A stretch of 64,000 bases of DNA, taken from an uncultured bacterium. Lineage in GTDB: Bacteria; Eisenbacteria; RBG-16-71-46. The notes under the pieces are model-generated. The model saw only the letters and a program-made list of their open reading frames with translations. It ran no database searches and was not told where the DNA came from. A program made the translations under genes and the position numbers. Where the stretch lies: positions 12,593 through 76,592 of the forward strand of contig CAYSWZ010000007.1 in NCBI GenBank assembly GCA_964434945.1, read 5' to 3'. The first letter of the stretch is position 1; each line of letters opens with the position of its first letter. Positions 19,410-29,982 of the stretch are shown here, piece after piece.

Positions 19410-20713
19410 GGCGTCCTCACGAAACGCACGAGCTGCCGCCGGTCCCCGGCCTTGAGCCAGGCGCGGTAGACGCCGGGCACGGTGGCGCGCCCGGCGTCAT
19501 TGCGGCCATCCCAGCCGAGCGCGTATGGCCCGGGCGCGATGTTGACGAGCGTGAGCGTGCGCACGTGCTGACCCGCGGCATCCTGGATCTCGACCGTGGC
19601 GTTGTAGGGACCCGCCGCCGGAACCTCGATCGGCAGCGTCACCGGGCTGCCGGTGTGACTCGGGTTCGGGAACGGGATCGCGATGCTCCACGTGGCGATG
19701 CCGGCCCCCTGGAGGAACACGCGGAACGAGGCGCTGCGCGCGCTCTCGTTGCCGGTCGCATCCACGGCGCTCACCGCGTACCACACGGAGAGCGTGTCCG
19801 GCGGGGTCGAGTCGACGTACTCGTTCGTCACCACGGGGCTGGTGGTGAGCCGCGCGAACGGCGCACTGGCGGCGAGCGCGCGATAGACCTGGTAGCCCGC
19901 CAGGTCCGGCTCCGAATTCGCGGTCCAGTGCACGCGCACACTCGGGCCGGTTTCGACCGACGCCGCGAGCCCGGTGGGCGTGGCCGGTGGCGCCGTGTCG
20001 AGGAGGTGCGGCACGAGCAGTGCGGGGGCGAGCGCCGAGACGTGGTTGACGTCGTCACGGGCGCGCGCCGCGAACCAGAGGTCCCGGCTGCGGTCGAGGC
20101 CCGACACCGCGACCTGGTGCGCGGTGCCCGGCGGGCCCGGCTGGGGTACGCCGAACACCACCGTGGCCGCGGCCCAGGTCGCCTCGGTCACTGGCGAAGT
20201 GGCCCAGCGGATCTCCATGGCGGTCGCGGTGCCGGTCAGGCTGTCGTCACCGACATCGTTCCAGGACACCGTCGCAGAGTTCGTGGTCGTGCCGGCGAGG
20301 CCGAGCACCACGGGCGCCGGCCGCACGGTGTCCGTGGAGACGAGCGTCGTCGCCGAGACCACGTTCGAGAGCCCCGAGACGTTGCCGGCCTCGTCCAGCG
20401 TGCGGAGCGCGAACCAGTACATGGTCTGCGGGGTGAGGCCGGTCACGGTCGCGGTCTCGCTCGAGCCCGCGACCTGCGGGAGGGGCGGGTTCGGGACCGC
20501 GGTCGCCTGGGCAAACTGGGCGAGCGAAGTGATGGGAGTGAGCGACCAGCGCAGGTCATAACGCGACGCCTGCCCCGACAGGCTGTCGTCACCGGGTGCG
20601 GTCCAGGCGAGTGTGACGCTGGTCTCGGTCACCTGGGCGCGGCTCGGCCCCGCGAGGCCCGCACCCATGACGACCACGGCAAGCGCGGCGAGAAGCAGAG
20701 CACGATGCCTCAT
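19406..20713 (-). CDS. secreted protein with three fibronectin-type-III repeats and a C-terminal FlgD-Ig/T9SS-type sorting domain
   Basis: Signal peptide (MRHRALLLAALAVVVMGAG). Three repeats of the pattern W..P.DD...G....Y.LRW/IRW/VHW. C-terminus ...PFPNPSHTGSPVTLPIEVPAAGPYNATVEIQDAAGQHVRTL..GWDGRNDAGRATVPGVYRAWLKAG. Confidence 0.7.
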   Translation of the reverse strand: MRHRALLLAALAVVVMGAGLAGPSRAQVTETSVTLAWTAPGDDSLSGQASRYDLRWSLTPITSLAQFAQATAVPNPPLPQVAGSSETATVTGLTPQTMYWFALRTLDEAGNVSGLSNVVSATTLVSTDTVRPAPVVLGLAGTTTNSATVSWNDVGDDSLTGTATAMEIRWATSPVTEATWAAATVVFGVPQPGPPGTAHQVAVSGLDRSRDLWFAARARDDVNHVSALAPALLVPHLLDTAPPATPTGLAASVETGPSVRVHWTANSEPDLAGYQVYRALAASAPFARLTTSPVVTNEYVDSTPPDTLSVWYAVSAVDATGNESARSASFRVFLQGAGIATWSIAIPFPNPSHTGSPVTLPIEVPAAGPYNATVEIQDAAGQHVRTLTLVNIAPGPYALGWDGRNDAGRATVPGVYRAWLKAGDRRQLVRFVRTP

Positions 20714-21144
20714 CCGGTTCGCGACCTCCTCGGGCGACGCCATCGGGAGATGCGGGTGCGCGCGGACCTGGAGCGAAGGTGCAGGTCGTCACGCGGCGGG
20801 GTGCGTTCCCTCCACCTGAGCCGGGCGGGCGCGGCAGCACCATGCGTGCCCGAGATGACCCCGTTGGGCGGGGAAACGGCTGCGCGTCGCAACTGCCCGC
20901 AGGCACGTCCGCTGCGCGCCCGGGACCCGGCACGCGGGGCTGAGGCGCGTGAGCAGCCCGGGCCCCGCCTCGTGCGCCCTGCAATCGAGGACCACTCAAT
21001 CTGCCCGGCGGCGGCGTGGGGAGCGGCGCTTCGACTTGCGCCCGGATCGCGCTCCCCCGCCGTGCGCCTCTCAGCCCCCCCGGGGGGCCTGCCGACCCGG
21101 CCAGGCCCCGGCCCAGGAAACATCGCCCCGGGGCGTTCGCGTCG

Positions 21145-21173
21145 TTGACCGGGGGCGTCGCGCTCCGTATGCT
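21145..21173 (+). promoter_or_regulatory. sigma-70-like promoter candidate: TTGACC, 17-nt spacer, TATGCT
   Basis: Hexamers at 21145-21150 and 21168-21173 with an exact 17-nt spacer. It sits in the 762-bp intergenic region about 300 nt upstream of pilB. This is sequence-based inference only. Confidence 0.3.
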
Positions 21174-21475
21174 CTAGGTTGCAGGTTTTGCATGGCTTCA
21201 CGGCTTGTGCAGTGGAACTGCACACGACTCGTCGCCCGCCCGCCGGATGGACCCACCAGGCGGACCCCCACCCCGGGCGCCCACGCGCATCGCGCGATCC
21301 GGGATCCCGCCCGCTCCACATCCGCTCTCCGTTCCCGGCCCTGGGCTCCCACGCAGATGGCACCTCCATCTCTCATTCCCGTGCTCGCTTATCCCGCCGC
21401 GACCGCTCCGACGCGGTCGTCCGGGGAGGCCCGTGTGCGCCGCGCGCACGGGAACACTCCACGGGTCGTCGAGCG

Positions 21476-23199
<1,724 letters not shown>

Positions 23200-23200
<1 letters not shown>

Positions 23201-24486
23201 TGCCGAGCTACTTCTACCGGGCACGCGACACCCACGGCCGCTCGCACGAGGGCATCGAGGTGGCCTCGTCCGAGGACGAGGTCCTGCGGGCCCTGTCGCA
23301 GATGCAGCTGACGCCGGTGCTGATCGAGCCGCGCGCCCTGAACGGCAACGGCCACGCGCCCGGCGCCGTGGCCTCCGCGCGCCCGGCCACCGCGGCCGCG
23401 CCGGCGACGTCGCTGGCGCGGCTCTACCCGCGCCGCGTGCAGGCGGGCTCGGTCGCGCTGTTCGCCCGGCAGCTCGCCACCATGATGTCCGCCGGGCTGC
23501 CGCTGGTGCGCGCGCTGCGCTCGATCGCGCGCGATCATCACGACTCGCGTCTCGCGGGCATCCTCGAGCAGGTCGGCGACGACGTGCAGAAAGGCGAATC
23601 GCTCGCGACGGCGCTCGGGCGGCACCCGGAGGCGTTCGGCGAGGTGTTCGTGAGCCTGGTCCAGACGGGCGAGGTGAGCGGCTCGCTCGACGAGGTGCTC
23701 GACCAGACCGCGGGCTACTTCGAGCGCGCGGAGCTTCTGCGCCTCAAGGTGGAGGCCGCGCTGCGCTATCCCACATTCATCGTCACATTCGCGGGCGGCG
23801 TGCTGCTGGCCATGTTCTTCAAGATCATCCCGATGTTCTCGGACATCTACTCGCGCTTTCGAGTGCAGCTGCCTGCCCCCACCCGGTTGCTGCTCGGCAT
23901 CAGCCACACGCTCACGAGCAACGCGCTGGTCGTGCTGCTGCTGCTGATCCTCGGCGGCATCGCGCTCACCGCCTGGCTGCGCACCGAGGTCGGACGGATC
24001 CGCTTCGACTCGATGAAGTTCCAGGTCCCGCTGTTCGGTCCGCTCGTGCGCCTCTATGCCATGACCCGGTACGCACGCACGCTCGGCATCCTGCTCGGCA
24101 GCGGCACGAACATCCTCTACGCGCTCCGGGTGTTGCGGCCGGTTCCGGGCAACCTCCTGGTCGCGAAGGCGATCGACAGCGTTCGCGCGCAGGTCGAGGG
24201 CGGCGCTTCGTTGTCGCGCGCGATGGCGGAGACCGGGGTGTTCCCGGACATGCTGATCCAGATGACCGCCACCGGCGAGGAGACCGGGCGGCTGGACGAG
24301 ATGCTGTCGCGCACAGCGGACTTTTACGAGCAGCGGGTCACCGCGAAGGTGGAGGGGTTGTCGTCGCTGGTGGAACCGGTGGCGATCGTGCTGCTCGGGC
24401 TGGTGATCGCGCTGATGCTGGTGGCGCTCTACCTGCCGATCTTCAATCTCGGACATGCGATGCAGACGGGGATGTTGCACCCCTGA
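23200..24486 (+). CDS. pilC: type IV pilus platform protein (PilC/GspF family)
   Basis: Two GspF repeats with three TM segments. ATG overlaps the pilB TGA (TGATG). Confidence 0.9.
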
Positions 24487-24595
24487 GCCAGGGGTACGGT
24501 GCCGCCACGTGATCGGTGGCGAATCACCCGGGTGGGAAGGGCTCGCTCGAGCGCGAGCCGATTCACCCGGGCCGGTCGTGAGGAGGATTTCAATC

Positions 24596-25009
24596 ATGAA
24601 GAAGAGAGCACAGGGCTTCACGTTGATGGAGCTCATGGTCGTGATCGTGATCGTGGCGATCCTCGCCGCGGTCGCCGTGCCCCTGTACGTGAACTACGTG
24701 AAGGATGCGCAGCGCACCGAGGCCAAGGGAGCGATCGGAGCGGTCATCACCGCCGAGCAGACGTACTTCCAGGTCAACGGCACATATATCGGAGACACCT
24801 TTATCCCGAATCCCGCTGATCACCCCGGGACGCAGCAGCTCAATTGTGATCTGACCGACGCACTCAATAACTGGGACATCACGGCCACGTCGACGACGGG
24901 TGGATTCACCGTCACTGCCATAGGCAAGGCGCAGGCCGCGGGACGCAAGGTCGTCATGACCTATACGCGCACCGGGGGCGCCTCATGGAACGACACCGAT
25001 CCGCAGTAG
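24596..25009 (+). CDS. pilA: type IV pilin (major pilin candidate, 137 aa)
   Basis: Prepilin leader plus N-methylation motif KRAQGFTLMELMVVIVIVAILAAVAVP. AGGAGGA sits 12 nt upstream of the ATG. A C-terminal Cys is absent. Confidence 0.85.
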   Translation: MKKRAQGFTLMELMVVIVIVAILAAVAVPLYVNYVKDAQRTEAKGAIGAVITAEQTYFQVNGTYIGDTFIPNPADHPGTQQLNCDLTDALNNWDITATSTTGGFTVTAIGKAQAAGRKVVMTYTRTGGASWNDTDPQ

Positions 25010-25092
25010 TGTCAGTCCAAATTCCCTTCTTCACAGCTCGGATCACGCCGCGGAACTGACCGCCCAGCGTGGCTCCGTCGCGAGGCGGTCGT

Positions 25093-25491
25093 ATGCTGAA
25101 CGAACGAGGCTTCTCACTCATGGAGGCGCTCACCGCAGCCACGGTCTCGGTGATCGCGGTCATGGGGCTTGCGTACAGCTTCGGAATCGGCCGCGGCCTT
25201 GTGGACCGCTACGAGGTCGCCCGCGCCGCGCTCGGCGAGGCCCAGTCCCAGCTCGAGGCGCTCACGCTGGTGGCGAACTCTGACCCCACGCTCGCACTCG
25301 GTTACGTGGCACCCCCCACGCCGTTCCGTTACGAAGGCGCAGCGCTCGGCACCGAGAGCTGGTGCGTGGTGCCCTACGACGATCCGACGTTGCCTGGCGC
25401 GACGAACCTGAAGCGGGTGATCATGACCGTGCGCTGGCAGCAGGCGGCACACCCCGACTCCGTGTCGTTGGAGCGGCTATGGCCGCTGTGA
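25093..25491 (+). CDS. pseudopilin / minor pilin (prepilin-type N-terminus)
   Basis: N-terminus ERGFSLMEALTAATVSVIAVMGLAYSF. Confidence 0.6.
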   Translation: MLNERGFSLMEALTAATVSVIAVMGLAYSFGIGRGLVDRYEVARAALGEAQSQLEALTLVANSDPTLALGYVAPPTPFRYEGAALGTESWCVVPYDDPTLPGATNLKRVIMTVRWQQAAHPDSVSLERLWPL

Positions 25492-25997
25492 CGCCAGCGG
25501 TGCGCGAGGCGCGCGGCCTCACGCTCACCGAAGTCGCCGTGGTCATGATCCTCGGCACCATGATCATGGCCGGTCTCGTGGGCTTCTACCTGTCGAGCCA
25601 GGGCCTGTGGCTGGATGCGTCGACGCAGGCGATCACCCAGCGCGAAGCGACGTTGGTCACCGCGGCGATGCGCGACAGTATCCGTACGTCAGGCTATGCC
25701 GAGGCGATCCCCTCTCCCGATCCGCTCCACGAGCAGTTGGCCCTGTTCCACCTGAAGACCGACACCGTCCCCTACTACAACTTCTGGTGGAACAGCAGCG
25801 ATTCGCTCCTGTACTCGGGGACCAGCGTCGGAGGGACGGGCTCCGGCCCGATGATCGTGTCGCGCGTGGAGCGCTTCCAGCTGACGGTGAACAACGCGGC
25901 CGGGGGCGTGCGAGTCGATCTGCGCCTGCGATCGGCCAGTGGGGACGTCGTCGAGTCCGGTGCGTTCGCGGTAATGCAGAACCGGGACCTCCCATGA
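25479..25997 (+). CDS. pseudopilin / minor pilin
   Basis: N-terminus ARGLTLTEVAVVMILGTMIMAGLVGFY. Overlaps both neighbouring genes. Confidence 0.6.
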   Translation: MAAVTPAVREARGLTLTEVAVVMILGTMIMAGLVGFYLSSQGLWLDASTQAITQREATLVTAAMRDSIRTSGYAEAIPSPDPLHEQLALFHLKTDTVPYYNFWWNSSDSLLYSGTSVGGTGSGPMIVSRVERFQLTVNNAAGGVRVDLRLRSASGDVVESGAFAVMQNRDLP

Positions 25998-27319
25998 GGC
26001 CCGGCCTCCCGACCCCCGCAGCCGACGAGCGTGGCTTCATCCTCGTGGGTGTCGTCATGTTCATGATTGCGCTCACGATTCTCGGTCTGTCGCTTTTCGC
26101 GCTGTCGAGTTACGAAGCCCAGTTCTTCTACGCGTCGCAGTCGCGGGAGCAGTCGCTCCAGAGCTCCGAGAGCGGCATGGAGGTGGTGAAAGCGCTGTTG
26201 TCCGACCCGGCGGTTCCGTCGAATTACCGTTATCGGCTGGAAGCAGCGCAGCTGGCGGTCGGCCACTACGGAATCACCCGGGCCCTGGCGTACCAGGCGC
26301 GCAGCAGCGATCCCAACGACACCACCTCACACGGCCCGGTGAACTGGGACAGCACGGTGGTCATCGTGGTGAGCGCGCGGGCGGGCGGCGAGGAACGCGC
26401 GGTGCAATCGCGGTTCGTCCCCGTGCCGATGAAGTCTCCCTACCACGAGCTCCTCTGCAGCAGCGGGAGCATCACCTACAACCTGAGCCAGGGGTCTCCG
26501 CAGTCGATGACGCTGCAAGGCGGAGTCTGGCAGCCGGTCCAGACGGCGACGGACAGTGCATGGACGGGATACATCCAGTGGAGTGCGGGTCGGCCCATCG
26601 ACCCGAACCCGCCGCCGGCGCCGACGGCGAACGCCTTCGTGGATCTGAATCGACCCAGCGCGAGCAACCCGGATGGGTGGTCGTTCGACCCGGACAACAC
26701 GCCCTACGAGATCCGTTTCGACAATCCGTCCTCGTCACCCAAGTTCTACTTGAGCCCAGCCTCTCCTCCGCTGGACCCGGACGACAGTTTCACCTACCCG
26801 GAACACACCGCCTACGAGTTCTTCAGCGAGTACGAGCTCAACCTCAAGATTCACGGAACGGTGATCTGGCTCGTGAACCAGGGCGTGTGTTTCCGCCGCA
26901 CCGTCACCGTCATGCCGGATGGGACGAACGATCCGACCAACCCGAACGTACTGGTCATCATCGCAAAGCCGAACCTGGGGGCCGCGAACCCGAACCGTGG
27001 CATCTGGTTCCAGGGCGGGCTCGTGGTCGGTGATTCGACCCAGACCAAGGTGTTCCTCGTGAGTCAGGGCGATGTCTCGCTCACGCAGGTCCACAACTCG
27101 CACAACAACCTCAGCGCCGAGGCCGTGAGCATCGTCGCCGGCGGGAGCGTGGAGCTGGAGGGGTCGAGCAGTGCGACCTTCAACGTCACGCATGCGGCGT
27201 CGATGAACACGATCGCCGATAACCTGCTCTCGGGGCAGTGGCTTCCCGCCATGAGCGGTGGAAGCGCGATGGCCTTCACCCCCGTGCCGCACAGCTGGCT
27301 CGAGACGCGGCTGCCGTGA
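25994..27319 (+). CDS. large PilX-like minor pilin (441 aa), pilin-like N-terminus plus a large Pro/Asn/Ser-rich domain
   Basis: N-terminus ERGFILVGVVMFMIALTILGLSLFALSSYEAQFFYAS, then about 400 aa with no recognisable family. The ATG overlaps the upstream TGA (ATGA). Confidence 0.55.
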   Translation: MRPGLPTPAADERGFILVGVVMFMIALTILGLSLFALSSYEAQFFYASQSREQSLQSSESGMEVVKALLSDPAVPSNYRYRLEAAQLAVGHYGITRALAYQARSSDPNDTTSHGPVNWDSTVVIVVSARAGGEERAVQSRFVPVPMKSPYHELLCSSGSITYNLSQGSPQSMTLQGGVWQPVQTATDSAWTGYIQWSAGRPIDPNPPPAPTANAFVDLNRPSASNPDGWSFDPDNTPYEIRFDNPSSSPKFYLSPASPPLDPDDSFTYPEHTAYEFFSEYELNLKIHGTVIWLVNQGVCFRRTVTVMPDGTNDPTNPNVLVIIAKPNLGAANPNRGIWFQGGLVVGDSTQTKVFLVSQGDVSLTQVHNSHNNLSAEAVSIVAGGSVELEGSSSATFNVTHAASMNTIADNLLSGQWLPAMSGGSAMAFTPVPHSWLETRLP

Positions 27320-27329
27320 GACCCGCACG

Positions 27330-28367
27330 ATGAAGCTGGGGATGGGCGCCCGCCCATGGGCGGGGCTGGACATCGGCGCCTACAGCGTGAAGCTGGTGGC
27401 ACTGCACCCTGGCTCGACGCGCGGCCGCTTTGCCGAGGCCGCGCTCCCGCGCGCGCTCGCCGGCGACGAAGCGCCGCCGCCCGCCGTGCTCGCGGGCTTG
27501 ATCGACGAATGCATGACGCGCATCGAGATGTCGCCGCGCGCCTTCCGTGGGATCTCGATCGGGGTCACCGGCCCGGACGTGATCGTCAAGCAGCTCTCGC
27601 TGCCGATCATGGACGAGGCCGAGATCCCCGGCGCGCTTCGGTTCGAGGCGCGCAAGCACCTGCCGTTCGACGTGCAGACGCTCGTGCTCGACCACCAGGT
27701 GCTGGGCCGCAACGCGGCGGAACGCCGTCTGGACGTCCTGCTCGCGACCGTCTCGCAGCAGCGCCTCGATCGCTCGCTCGCGCCGCTCCGGGAGCTGGGT
27801 GTGGAGGCCGCGATCGTGGACGCGGCTCCGCTCGCGCTCGCCAACGCGCTCGGTCACGCGCTCGCGCGGGAGAGTGCCGCCGATGGCGAGGCGCACGTGC
27901 TGCTCGATCTCGGGCATCGCGGCGCCTGGCTGACATTGCGTCAGAAGGGCCTTCCCTTCTTCTCCCGCCGGCTCGACTGGGGCGGGGCGCAGCTCACCGA
28001 AGCCGTGGCCGCGGCGCTCGAAGGTTCGGTCGAGCGGGCCGAGGCATGGAAGCTCGATGCCGGATCATCGCTCACGAGCGAAGGGCCGGCGGCCGGCGCC
28101 GCCCAGCGGGCGCTGGAACGTCTCGGCGACGAGCTGCGGCGCTCGTTGGCATTCTACGGCACACTCGCGCCGGTGCCGGATCTGAAGTCGCTCCATCTTT
28201 CTGGCGGCCTCGCCCGCCTCCCCGGCCTTCCCGAGGCGCTGGGCGAGATTCTCTCGCTCCCGGTCGCCACGTTCTCGCCCCTCGACGCGCTCGAGCGCGG
28301 CGCGCGCGTCCGTGCCGGCGGGCCCCAGTACGCGCAGGCTTATGGACTCGCGCTGAGAGCGGCATGA
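27330..28367 (+). CDS. pilM: type IV pilus assembly protein PilM (actin-like ATPase fold)
   Basis: Motifs GLDIGAYSVKLVAL... and ...LDLGHRGAWLTL.... Confidence 0.85.
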   Translation: MKLGMGARPWAGLDIGAYSVKLVALHPGSTRGRFAEAALPRALAGDEAPPPAVLAGLIDECMTRIEMSPRAFRGISIGVTGPDVIVKQLSLPIMDEAEIPGALRFEARKHLPFDVQTLVLDHQVLGRNAAERRLDVLLATVSQQRLDRSLAPLRELGVEAAIVDAAPLALANALGHALARESAADGEAHVLLDLGHRGAWLTLRQKGLPFFSRRLDWGGAQLTEAVAAALEGSVERAEAWKLDAGSSLTSEGPAAGAAQRALERLGDELRRSLAFYGTLAPVPDLKSLHLSGGLARLPGLPEALGEILSLPVATFSPLDALERGARVRAGGPQYAQAYGLALRAA

Positions 28368-28933
28368 GCACGCCGTTCGAGATCAACTTCCGACGCGAGG
28401 CCTTCCGGCGCGAGCGCGCGGAAGCCCGCCGGCGCGCGGTCGGGCTCGGCGTCTGGCTCGCCTACTTCGGCACGCTGGCCGTGCTGCTCGGGCTCTACAG
28501 CCTCAACTTCTCCGAGTTGGGATCGCGCACCCGCCAGCTGCAGCGCCAGATTGCGCGCCAGCAGGCGCTCAATCACGGCAGCGCCGCGTGGGTGCCGTCG
28601 GGAAACGACGCGGCGGGCGTCGAGCCCTGGGTCGCCGATGCCGGCCGCTGGCGCGACCTGCTCGGGCGGCTGCCGCGACTGCTCCCGGCCGGTGCCCGCC
28701 TGACCTCGCTGCAATGGAATCCCGAGGACGCGAGCGGGGGCGAGCGAAAGCTCCTCCTGACGGGCGTGCTGCGTGCCGATCCCAAGCAGGACCGGGTGGC
28801 GGGCGTCACCGACATCGTCGCGGTGCTCGCGCGCGACTCGCTGTTCGTGGCGCGCTTCCGGAGCGTGCGGCTCCTGTCCACGCGCACGCACGAAGGCAGC
28901 CCGGACGCCGACTTCCAGCTGGAGTGCAAGTGA
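28364..28933 (+). CDS. pilN: PilN-like inner-membrane pilus alignment protein
   Basis: Single TM segment (VGLGVWLAYFGTLAVLLGLY) plus a coiled-coil region. The ATG overlaps the pilM TGA (ATGA). Confidence 0.7.
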   Translation: MSTPFEINFRREAFRRERAEARRRAVGLGVWLAYFGTLAVLLGLYSLNFSELGSRTRQLQRQIARQQALNHGSAAWVPSGNDAAGVEPWVADAGRWRDLLGRLPRLLPAGARLTSLQWNPEDASGGERKLLLTGVLRADPKQDRVAGVTDIVAVLARDSLFVARFRSVRLLSTRTHEGSPDADFQLECK

Positions 28934-29487
28934 CCCCCACCCCTCCCTCGCGAATGCTCCGCTTCTGGCCCGCGCTCGCAGCGTTGCTCGTGCTGGCGCT
29001 CCTGTGGCTCGTTCACACGCTCGGGTTCGCACCGCTCGCGGCACGCTACCGCGCCCAGCTCGCCGCCGCGGGCGAGGTCGGGGCGTCGCTCGATCCGCGG
29101 CTCGCCGCCCCGCCATTGCCACCGCGCGTGGTCGATCTGCTGCGGACCAACTCGGTCGCCGCGTCCGAGGCCGATCGGCTGAGCCAGTCCGGTTCCCTCG
29201 CCACCGACCTCGTCCGCCGCGTCTCGGAGCGGGCCGCGGGCCGCGGGATCGACGTGGCGGGCTCCGAGCCGGGCGTCGCGACCCAGACCGCGTCGACGCT
29301 CGAGGTGCGGGCGCATCTCAAGCTCCACTGCCGGTATGCGCAGTTCGTCGAGTTGCTCGGCGACCTGGCCGGCGAGCACGCGCTTTACCATCTCGAGCGC
29401 ATGACGATCACGCCGCAGGCGAACGGGCTCACCGAGACCGAGTTGTGGGTCGCACGCGTCCTGCTCAAGCGCGAAGGCCCGCGATGA
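28930..29487 (+). CDS. pilO: PilO-like protein
   Basis: Call rests on position in the MNOPQ series and a single TM segment (LRFWPALAALLVLALLWLV). The GTG start overlaps the pilN TGA. Confidence 0.5.
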   Translation: MTPTPPSRMLRFWPALAALLVLALLWLVHTLGFAPLAARYRAQLAAAGEVGASLDPRLAAPPLPPRVVDLLRTNSVAASEADRLSQSGSLATDLVRRVSERAAGRGIDVAGSEPGVATQTASTLEVRAHLKLHCRYAQFVELLGDLAGEHALYHLERMTITPQANGLTETELWVARVLLKREGPR

Positions 29488-29981
29488 GCCGCGATGCCGG
29501 CGAATGGGTCTCGCCGCTCGTCGCCATGATCGTGCTGGCCGTGGTCGCCGCCCAGATCTTCGGCGCGCTCCAGGTCACCGGCGCGTTCGGCTGGCACACG
29601 CCGGCGCCTCCCGTGGTGACGTCGCCGTCGTACCGGTCGCTCGAGCGGGCGATCGACCTGCACGACCCCAGCTTTTCGCTGGAGGATCTGCGCAACCCGT
29701 TCGAGTACGGCCGGCTGGCTGGCGCGCCGGACGGGAACGATCCGCCCCGGTCGCAACGGCAGAAGGCGGCACCGGTCGCGCCGCCGCCGATTCCCGTCCT
29801 CACCGCCATCGTCTGGGACAACGACCCGCGCGCGCTCATCCACTGGAAGCAGCGGGACTGGACGGTGCGCGAGGGCGGGCTGTTCGACGACTTCCAGGTG
29901 GTCGGCTTCACCCGTGATCAGGTCACCCTGCGTCGCGGCGACGAGACACTCGTATTGCACCGACGCAACCCCGGAGACTGA
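29484..29981 (+). CDS. pilP: PilP-like protein
   Basis: Call rests on position, an N-terminal TM/signal segment and a Pro-rich linker. The ATG overlaps the pilO TGA. Confidence 0.5.
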   Translation: MSRDAGEWVSPLVAMIVLAVVAAQIFGALQVTGAFGWHTPAPPVVTSPSYRSLERAIDLHDPSFSLEDLRNPFEYGRLAGAPDGNDPPRSQRQKAAPVAPPPIPVLTAIVWDNDPRALIHWKQRDWTVREGGLFDDFQVVGFTRDQVTLRRGDETLVLHRRNPGD

Positions 29982-29982
29982 C

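Noticed and set aside
18105-20713. Calling the locus a type IX secretion system.
   Set aside because: Only cargo-type C-terminal domains and a PorV-like barrel are present. No PorK, PorL, PorM, PorN, SprA or PorU homologues occur in the window, so a T9SS is not supported from this sequence alone.
21071-21083. The C7G6 run (cccccccgggggg) as a terminator or hairpin.
   Set aside because: It has no loop nucleotides and cannot form a conventional hairpin. It is probably only compositional, and is mentioned only as part of the long leader.
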